A DNA stretch of 12,421 nucleotides from a virus. Lineage: Duplodnaviria; Heunggongvirae; Uroviricota; Caudoviricetes. The notes under the pieces were generated by a model, which saw nothing but the letters and a program-made list of their open reading frames with translations, did no database searches and was not told the DNA's origin. The stretch lies in IMG/VR virus record IMGVR_UViG_2728369183_000006; one strand, written 5' to 3'. Numbering within the stretch: position 1 is the stretch's first letter; each line of letters opens with the position of its first letter. Both the position numbers and the translations under genes were made by a program. This document shows, piece by piece, positions 1 through 7,332 of this stretch.

Positions 1-240
1 ATGCGCGGCTATGCCACCGGCGGTTATGTCGGTACACAGGGCAGCATGGCGGACAGCCGGTCGCAGGCGTCCGGGACGTTTGAGCAGAATAACCATGTGG
101 TGATTAACAACGACGGCACGAACGGTCAGATAGGGCCACAGGCACTGAAGGCTGTTTATGACGTAGCCCGTAAGGCGGCAATGGATGTTGTGACCGGGCA
201 GATGCGCGATGGTGGTCTGTTCTCCGGAGGTGGACGATGA
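1..240 (+). CDS. H: Tail tape measure protein H, C-terminal fragment (5' end lies outside the window)
   Basis: The 79-aa translation resembles the C-terminus of lambda gpH as I recall it. Its TGA stop (238-240) overlaps the ATG of the next gene (237-239) in an ATGA arrangement, as between lambda H and M. Confidence 0.8.
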   Translation: MRGYATGGYVGTQGSMADSRSQASGTFEQNNHVVINNDGTNGQIGPQALKAVYDVARKAAMDVVTGQMRDGGLFSGGGR

Positions 241-566
241 AGACCTTCCGCTGGAAAGTGAAACCCGGTATGGATGTGGCTTCGGCCCCTTCCGTAAGAA
301 AGGTGCGCTTTGGTGATGGCTATTCCCAGCGTGCGCCTGCCGGGCTGAACGCTGACCTGAAAACGTACAGCGTGACGCTTTCTGTCTCCCGCGAGGAGGC
401 CACGGCACTTGAGTCGTTTCTGGCTGAGCACGGGGGCTGGAAATCCTTTCTGTGGACGCCGCCTTATGAGTGGCGGCAGATAAAGGTGACCTGCGCAAAA
501 TGGTCGTCGCGGGTCAGTATGCTGCGTGTTGAGTTCAGCGCAGAGTTTGAACAGGTGGTGAACTGA
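237..566 (+). CDS. M: Minor tail protein M
   Basis: 109-aa ORF (MKTFRWKVKPGMDVASAPSVRKVRFGDGYSQ...) closely matches lambda gpM from memory, with the same length and position. Its stop overlaps the L start (TGATG at 564-568). Confidence 0.9.
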   Translation: MKTFRWKVKPGMDVASAPSVRKVRFGDGYSQRAPAGLNADLKTYSVTLSVSREEATALESFLAEHGGWKSFLWTPPYEWRQIKVTCAKWSSRVSMLRVEFSAEFEQVVN

Positions 567-1314
567 TGCAGGATATCCGGCAGGAAACACTGAATGAATG
601 CACCCGTGCGGAGCAGTCGGCCAGCGTGGTGCTCTGGGAAATCGATCTGACAGAGGTCGGTGGAGAACGTTATTTTTTCTGTAATGAGCAGAACGAAAAA
701 GGTGAGCCGGTCACCTGGCAGGGGCGACAGTATCAGCCGTATCNNNNNNNNNNNNNNNNNNNNNNNNNNNNNNNNNNNNNNNNNNNNNNNNNNNNNNNNN
801 NNNNNNNNNNNNNNNNNNNNNNNNNNNNNNNNNNNNNNNNNNNNNNNNNNNNNNNNNNNNNNNNNNNNNNNNNNNNNNCACCGGGATGGCGGAAGATCTG
901 CAGAGTCTGGTCGGCGGAACGGTGGTCCGGCGTAAGGTCTACGCCCGTTTTCTGGATGCGGTGAACTTCGTCAACGGAAACCGTGACGCCGATCCGGAGC
1001 AGGAGGTGATCAGCCGCTGGCGCATCGAGCAGTGCAGCGAACTGAGCGCAGTCAGTGCCTCTTTTGTACTGTCCACGCCGACGGAAACGGATGGCGCTGT
1101 TTTTCCGGGACGTATCATGCTGGCCAACACCTGCACCTGGACCTATCGCGGCGATGAGTGCGGTTATAGCGGTCCGGCGGTCGCGGATGAATATGATCAG
1201 CCGACGTCCGATATCACGAAGGATAAATGCAGCAAATGCCTGAGCGGCTGTAAGTTTCGCAATAACGTCGGCAACTTTGGCGGCTTCCTTTCCATTAACA
1301 AACTTTCGCAGTAA
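566..1314 (+). CDS. L: Tail tip protein L (Fe-S cluster-binding), interrupted by an N-run at 744-878
   Basis: The N-terminal part (MQDIRQETLNECTRAEQSASVVLWEIDL...) and C-terminal part (...CKFRNNVGNFGGFLSINKLSQ) both match lambda gpL from memory. The two parts are in different frames across the N-run, consistent with an unsized gap. A C-terminal cysteine cluster is present. Confidence 0.88.
744..878. other. Run of 135 N (assembly gap or masked segment) inside gene L
   Basis: Directly visible as N characters. The flanking L reading frames do not join, so the gap length is probably arbitrary. Confidence 0.95.
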
Positions 1315-1318
1315 TCCC

Positions 1319-2062
1319 ATGACAGAGACAGAATCAGCGATTCTGGCGCACGCCCGGCGATGTGCGCCAGCGGAGTCGTGCGGCTTCGTGGTGAGAGCGC
1401 CGGAGAGGGAAAGATATTTCCCCTGCGTGAATATCTCCGGTGAGCCGGAGGCGTATTTCCGTATGTCGCCGGAAGACTGGCTGCAGGCAGAAATGCAGGG
1501 TGAGATTGTGGCGCTGGTCCACAGCCACCCCGGTGGTCTGCCCTGGCTGAGTGAGGCCGACCGGCGGCTGCAGGTGCAGAGCGATTTGCCGTGGTGGCTG
1601 GTCTGCCGGGGGGCGATTCACAAGTTCCGCTGTGTGCCGCATCTCACCGGGCGGCGCTTTGAGTACGGGGTGACGGACTGTTACACACTGTTCCGGGATG
1701 CTTACCATCTGGCGGGGATTGAGATGCCGGATTTTCATCGCGGGGATGACTGGTGGCGTCACGGTCAGAATCTCTATCTTGACAATATGGAGGCTACTGG
1801 TTTTTACCGTGTCGCACTGACAGAGGCGCAGCCGGGCGATGTGCTGCTGTGCTGTTTTGGTTCATCGGTGCCGAATCACGCCGCCATTTACTGCGGCGAC
1901 GGTGAGCTGCTGCACCATATTCCTGAACAACTGAGTAAACGAGAGAGGTATACCGACAAATGGCAGCGACGCACACACTCCCTCTGGCGTCACCGGGAAT
2001 GGCACGCATCTGCCTTTACGGGGATTTGCAACGATTTGGCCGCCGCATCGACCTTCGTGTGA
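1319..2062 (+). CDS. K: Tail tip assembly protein K, with MPN/JAMM and NlpC/P60 domains
   Basis: ATG at 1319 lies 4 nt after the L stop. The translation carries an intact JAMM motif HSHPGGLPWLSEAD (HxHx7Sx2D, about 1520-1561) and NlpC/P60-like residues (TDCYTLF, NHAAIY). The classical lambda K start corresponds to the internal ATG at 1463 (MSPEDW...). The 3' end overlaps I by 103 nt, as in lambda. Confidence 0.85.
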   Translation: MTETESAILAHARRCAPAESCGFVVRAPERERYFPCVNISGEPEAYFRMSPEDWLQAEMQGEIVALVHSHPGGLPWLSEADRRLQVQSDLPWWLVCRGAIHKFRCVPHLTGRRFEYGVTDCYTLFRDAYHLAGIEMPDFHRGDDWWRHGQNLYLDNMEATGFYRVALTEAQPGDVLLCCFGSSVPNHAAIYCGDGELLHHIPEQLSKRERYTDKWQRRTHSLWRHREWHASAFTGICNDLAAASTFV

Positions 2063-2601
2063 AAACGGGGGCTGAAGCCATCCGGGCACTGGCCACACAG
2101 CTCCCGGCGTTTCGTCAGAAACTGAGCGATGGCTGGTATCAGGTACGGATTGCCGGGCGGGATGCAGGAGAAACCGAATTATCATCCCGTCTTAATGAGC
2201 CGCTGGCAAATGGTGCCGTGATCCACATCGTGCCGCGTCTTGCGGGAGCAAAAAGTGGCGGTGTGTTTCAGGCGGTGCTGGGTGCGGCGTTGATTGCTAC
2301 GGCAATCTGGATGCCGGGGATCAGTATCGCTTTCAGTGACATTCTCTTTTCAATGGGTGCGGCGATGACGCTTGGTGGTGTGGCGCAGATGCTGGCACCG
2401 AAAGCCAGAACTCCCCGTACACAGACAACGGATAACGGCAAACAGAACACCTATTTCTCCTCACTGGATAACATGGTTGCCCAGGGCAATGTCCTGCCTG
2501 TTCTGTACGGTGAAATGCGCGTGGGGTCACGTGTGGCATCTCAGGAGATCAGCACGGCAGATGAAGGGGATGGTGGTCAGGTTGTGGTAATTGGGCGGTA
2601 A
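1960..2601 (+). CDS. I: Tail assembly protein I
   Basis: 213-aa translation (MAATHTLPLASPGMARICLYGDLQRFGRRIDLRVKTG... ...VAQGNVLPVLYGEMRVGSRVASQEISTADEGDGGQVVVIGR) matches lambda gpI from memory at both ends. Confidence 0.88.
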   Translation: MAATHTLPLASPGMARICLYGDLQRFGRRIDLRVKTGAEAIRALATQLPAFRQKLSDGWYQVRIAGRDAGETELSSRLNEPLANGAVIHIVPRLAGAKSGGVFQAVLGAALIATAIWMPGISIAFSDILFSMGAAMTLGGVAQMLAPKARTPRTQTTDNGKQNTYFSSLDNMVAQGNVLPVLYGEMRVGSRVASQEISTADEGDGGQVVVIGR

Positions 2602-2673
2602 TATTATTTACTCATGTTCTAACTGATTTAATATTTATATCGAACACTGATAATTATTCTATTGGTTAGCTAT

Positions 2674-3012
2674 ATGAACAAAACGATTTTATTCTGCACG
2701 ATTATTGCCTTAACAGGATGTAAGTCTTTGGATTACGTAAAATCCGGAAAACCTGTAATGGAAGGTAATTCATTAAAAAATATTGATGAATTGTCAGGCT
2801 GCATATCCAGACAATGGGCTGGTAATGGAACACCTATAACATCCCTTCCTATTGAGAATGGGGTAAGCCTTTTAGTTCCACAGGCTATGGGGGGATATGA
2901 TGTTGTGCTTGATATCAAAAAAGCAGGAAATGGCAGTAGTTTTACTCTTTATGAACGTGTACCAGCATTAACGCCAAAAATTTTTGCTGATAGTGTTAAT
3001 GCATGTAAATAA
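2674..3012 (+). CDS. Putative outer-membrane lipoprotein, a moron inserted between I and J
   Basis: ORF with the lipoprotein signal MNKTILFCTIIALTG|C (lipobox LTGC; the +2 residue is Lys, not Asp). The longest ORF starts at TTG 2662, but ATG 2674 gives a canonical signal peptide. The segment is markedly AT-rich compared with the flanking tail genes and is followed by an intrinsic terminator. I recognise no homolog. Confidence 0.6.
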   Translation: MNKTILFCTIIALTGCKSLDYVKSGKPVMEGNSLKNIDELSGCISRQWAGNGTPITSLPIENGVSLLVPQAMGGYDVVLDIKKAGNGSSFTLYERVPALTPKIFADSVNACK

Positions 3013-3036
3013 TAGTTAATCCTGCCGTAACTCATG

Positions 3037-3064
3037 AGCCGCCTTTTGGGCGGCTTTGTTGTTT
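3037..3064 (+). terminator. Rho-independent terminator after the lipoprotein moron
   Basis: Stem agccgcc (3037-3043), loop ttttg, stem ggcggct (3049-3055), then the T-rich tract ttgttgttt. Confidence 0.6.
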
Positions 3065-3078
3065 ATGGAGTGTGAGGA

Positions 3079-6000
3079 ATGGGTAAAGGAAGCAGTAAGG
3101 GGCATACCCCGCGCGAAGCGAGGGACAACCTGAAGTCCACGCAGCTGCTGAGTGTGATCGATGCCATCAGCGAAGGGCCGGTTGAAGGTCCGGTGGNNNN
3201 NNNNNNNNNNNNNNNNNNNNNNNNNNNNNNNNNNNNNNNNNNNNNNNNNNNNNNNNNNNNNNNNNNNNACCGGTGCTGGACAGTGAGGGGAATACTAACA
3301 TCTCTGGTGTCACGGTGGTGTTCCGGGCAGGTGAGCAGGAACAGACACCGCCGGAGGGATTTGAATCATCAGGTTCCGAGACGGTACTGGGTACGGAAGT
3401 GAAATACGACACGCCGATCACCCGGACCATCACGTCGGCAAACATTGACCGACTGCGTTTTACCTTCGGTGTGCAGGCACTGGTGGAAACCACCTCAAAG
3501 GGGGACAGGAATCCGTCGGAAGTTCGCCTGCTGGTTCAGATACAACGTAATGGTGGCTGGGTGACGGAAAAAGACATCACCATTAAGGGCAAAACCACCT
3601 CGCAGTATCTGGCCTCGGTGGTGGTGGGTAACCTGCCGCCGCGCCCGTTCAATATACGGATGCGCAGGATGACGCCGGACAGCACCACAGACCAGCTGCA
3701 GAACAAAACGCTCTGGTCGTCATACACCGAAATCATCGATGTGAAACAGGGCTACCCGAACACGGCACTGGTCGGCGTGCAGGTGGATTCGGAGCAGTTC
3801 GGCAGCCAGCAGGTGAGCCGTAATTATCATCTTCGCGGGCGCATTCTGCAGGTGCCGTCGAACTATAACCCGCAGACGCGNNNNNNNNNNACGGTATCTG
3901 GGACGGGACGTTTAAACCGGCATACAGCAACAACATGGCCTGGTGTCTGTGGGATATGCTGACCCACCCGCGCTACGGCATGGGGAAACGTCTTGGTGCG
4001 GCGGATGTGGACAAATGGGCGCTGTATGTCATCGGCCAGTATTGCGATCAGTCAGTGCCGGATGGCTTTGGTGGCACGGAGCCGCGCATCACCTGTAATG
4101 CCTACCTGACCACACAGCGTAAGGCGTGGGATGTTCTCAGTGATTTCTGCTCGGCGATGCGCTGTATGCCGGTATGGAACGGGCAGACGCTGACGTTCGT
4201 GCAGGACCGACCATCAGATAAGGTGTGGACCTATAACCGCAGTAATGTGGTGATGCCGGATGATGGCGCGCCGTTCCGCTACAGCTTCAGCGCCCTGAAG
4301 GACCGCCATAATGCCGTTGAGGTGAACTGGATTGACCCGAATAACGGCTGGGAGACGGCGACAGAGCTTGTTGAAGATACGCAGGCCATTCTCCGTTACG
4401 GTCGTAACGTCACGAAGATGGATGCCTTTGGCTGTACCAGCCGGGGGCAGGCACACCGCGCCGGGCTGTGGCTGATTAAAACGGAGCTGCTGGAAACGCA
4501 GACCGTGGACTTCAGCGTGGGTGCAGAAGGGCTTCGCCATGTACCGGGCGATGTCATTGAAATCTGTGATGATGACTATGCGGGTATCAGCATCGGCGGG
4601 CGCGTGCTGGCGGTGAACAGCCAGACGCGGACACTGACGCTCGACCGTGAAATCACGCTGCCATCCTCCGGCACCACGCTGATAAGCCTGGTTGACGGAC
4701 AGGGGAATCCGGTCAGCGTGGAGGTCCAGTCCGTCACCGACGGCGTGAAGGTGAAAGTGAGCCGTGTTCCTGACGGCGTTGCTGAATACAGCGTGTGGGG
4801 GCTGAAGCTGCCGACGCTGCGCCAGCGCCTGTTCCGCTGCGTGAGTATCCGTGAGAACGACGACGGCACGTATGCCATCACCGCCGTGCAGCATGTACCG
4901 GAAAAAGAAGCCATCGTGGATAACGGGGCGCACTTTGACGGCGACCAGAGCGGCACGGTGAATGGTGTCACGCCGCCAGCGGTGCAGCACCTGACTGCCG
5001 AAGTCACCGCAGACAGCGGGGAATATCAGGTGCTGGCCCGCTGGGACACGCCGAAGGTGGTGAAGGGCGTGAGCTTCCTGCTCCGTCTGACCGTAACAGC
5101 GGATGACGGCAGTGAGCGGCTGGTCAGCACGGCCCGGACGACGGAAACCACATACCGCTTCAGGCAGCTGGCGCTGGGGAACTACAGGCTGACAGTCAGG
5201 GCGGTAAATGCCTGGGGGCAGCAGGGTGATCCGGCGTCGGTATCATTCCGGATTGCCGCACCGGCAGCACCGTCGCGGATTGAGCTGACGCCGGGCTATT
5301 TTCAGATAACCGCCACGCCGCATCTTGCGGTTTATGATCCGACGGTACAGTTTGAGTTCTGGTTCTCGGAAAAACGGATTGCGGATATCAGGCAGGTTGA
5401 AACCAGCGCGCGTTATCTTGGTACGGCACTGTACTGGATAGCCGCCAGTATCAATATCAAACCGGGCCATGATTATTATTTTTACGTTCGCAGTGTGAAC
5501 ACCGTTGGCAAATCGGCATTCGTGGAGGCTGTCGGTCAGCCGAGTGATGATGCATCAGGCTATCTGGATTTTTTCAAAGGCGAGATAGGGAAAACCCATC
5601 TGGCTCAGGAGCTGTGGACGCAGATTGATAACGGTCAGCTTGCGCCTGACCTGACTGAAATCAGGACGTCCATAACGGATGTCAGCAATGAAATAACACA
5701 GACCGTCAATAAGAAACTGGAAGACCAGAGTGCAGCGATCCAGCAGATACAGAAGGTTCAGGTTGATACAAATAATAACCTGAACAGCATGTGGGCAGTG
5801 AAGCTGCAGCAGATGCAGGACGGACGCCTTTATATTGCGGGTATCGGTGCCGGTATTGAGAACACCCCTGACGGCATGCAGAGTCAGGTGCTGCTGGCAG
5901 CAGACAGGATTGCGATGATTAATCCTGCGAATGGCAACACAAAGCCGATGTTTGTTGGTCAGGGCGATCAGATATTCATGAATGAAGTGTTCCTGAAACG

Positions 6001-6601
6001 CCTGACGGCCCCCACCATTACCAGCGGCGGTAATCCTCCGGCATTTTCCCTGACACCGGACGGGCGGCTGACGGCGAAAAATGCCGATATCAGCGGTAAC
6101 GTGAATGCGAACTCCGGGACGCTCAACAACGTCACGATTAACGAGAACTGTCGGGTTCTGGGAAAATTGTCCGCGAACCAGATTGAAGGCGATCTCGTTA
6201 AAACAGTGGGCAAAGCTTTCCCCCGGGACTCCCGTGCACCGGAGCGGTGGCCATCAGGAACCATTACCGTCAGGGTTTATGACGATCAGCCGTTTGACCG
6301 GCAGATTGTTATTCCGGCGGTGGCATTCAGCGGCGCTAAACATGAGAAAGAGCATACTGATATTTACTCCTCATGCCGTCTGATAGTGCGGAAAAACGGT
6401 GCTGAAATTTATAACCGTACCGCGCTGGATAATACGCTGATTTACAGTGGCGTTATTGATATGCCTGCCGGTCACGGTCACATGACACTGGAGTTTTCGG
6501 TGTCAGCATGGCTGGTAAATAACTGGTATCCCACAGCAAGTATCAGCGATTTGCTGGTTGTGGTGATGAAGAAAGCCACTGCAGGCATCACGATTAGCTG
6601 A
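3079..6601 (+). CDS. J: Tail tip host-specificity protein J (central tail fibre), interrupted by N-runs at 3197-3268 and 3881-3890
   Basis: N-terminus [34 protein letters not shown] and long internal stretches match lambda gpJ from memory. The three ORF-track pieces (3079.., 3273.., 3935..6601) are one gene whose frame is broken only at the N-runs. The C-terminal region appears divergent from lambda. Stop is TGA at 6599-6601. Confidence 0.9.
3197..3268. other. Run of 72 N inside gene J
   Basis: Directly visible. From my recollection of lambda J, roughly 11 codons are missing here, so the N count is not a true gap size. Confidence 0.95.
3881..3890. other. Run of 10 N inside gene J
   Basis: Directly visible. 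The J frame shifts by one across it, so the true gap is probably 9 or 12 nt. Confidence 0.95.
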
Positions 6602-6620
6602 ATTTTATAACCCAGATACG

Positions 6621-6647
6621 GGCACCAGAAATGGTGCCTTTTTTATT
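6621..6647 (+). terminator. Rho-independent terminator downstream of J
   Basis: Stem ggcacc (6621-6626), loop agaaat, stem ggtgcc (6633-6638), followed by ttttttatt. Confidence 0.55.
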
Positions 6648-6668
6648 GCAGAAAAGCGAGAGGTAATT

Positions 6669-7268
6669 ATGCGTAAAGTTTGTGCAGCCATTTTGTCCGC
6701 AGCCATCTGTCTGGCCGTATCCGGTGCGCCTGCATGGGCGTCTGAGCAGCAGGCCACACTGAGCGCAGGGTATCTTCATGCCCGTACGAACGCTCCCGGC
6801 AGCGATAATCTGAACGGGATTAACGTGAAATACCGTTATGAGTTTACGGACACGCTGGGGCTGATTACGTCATTCAGTTATGCCAACGCTGAAGATGAGC
6901 AAAAAACGCATTACAGCGATACCCGCTGGCATGAAGATTCCGTGCGTAACCGCTGGTTCAGCGTGATGGCGGGGCCGTCTGTGCGCGTGAATGAATGGTT
7001 CAGCGCGTATGCGATGGCGGGTGTGGCTTACAGCCGTGTGTCGACTTTCTCCGGGGATTATCTGCAGGTGACCGACAATACGGGGAAAACGCACGATGTG
7101 CTGACCGGAAGTGATGACGGTCGCCACAGCAACACGTCTCTGGCGTGGGGGGCTGGCGTGCAGTTTAACCCGACAGAATCCGTGGCCGTTGATGTCGCTT
7201 ATGAAGGCTCCGGCAGCGGTGACTGGCGTACCAACAGTTTCATCGTTGGTGTCGGTTATAAATTCTGA
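6669..7268 (+). CDS. lom: Lom outer-membrane protein (Ail/Lom/OmpX family beta-barrel)
   Basis: 199-aa translation ([26 protein letters not shown]... ...FIVGVGYKF) matches lambda Lom from memory. It has an N-terminal signal peptide, a C-terminal aromatic residue, and GAGAGG-like RBS upstream. Confidence 0.9.
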   Translation: MRKVCAAILSAAICLAVSGAPAWASEQQATLSAGYLHARTNAPGSDNLNGINVKYRYEFTDTLGLITSFSYANAEDEQKTHYSDTRWHEDSVRNRWFSVMAGPSVRVNEWFSAYAMAGVAYSRVSTFSGDYLQVTDNTGKTHDVLTGSDDGRHSNTSLAWGAGVQFNPTESVAVDVAYEGSGSGDWRTNSFIVGVGYKF

Positions 7269-7294
7269 TTAGCCAGGTAACACAGTGTTATGAC

Positions 7295-7322
7295 AGCCCG
7301 CCGGTTCAGGCGGGCTTTTTTG
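7295..7322 (+). terminator. Rho-independent terminator after lom
   Basis: Stem agcccgcc (7295-7302), loop ggttca, stem ggcgggct (7309-7316), running into tttttt (7316-7321). Confidence 0.65.
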
Positions 7323-7332
7323 TGGGGTGAAT

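Noticed and set aside
156-590. Minus-strand 144-aa ORF overlapping the H 3' end and M
   Set aside because: It is antisense to two genes with strong homology support and has an Arg/Pro-rich composition.
660-1320. ORFs spanning the N-run (660-935 +, 733-1320 -, 566-964 + read as a separate gene)
   Set aside because: Translation through N characters is meaningless. The plus-strand pieces are parts of L.
1334-2185. Minus-strand ORFs (1334-1762, 1794-2009, 1862-2185) antisense to K and I
   Set aside because: They are antisense to homology-supported genes, and K on the plus strand has intact catalytic motifs.
4214-5007. Minus-strand ORFs of 258 and 143 aa antisense to J
   Set aside because: They are embedded in the well-supported J coding frame, with no homology I recognise and no RBS context. 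They are typical antisense ORFs in GC-rich coding DNA.
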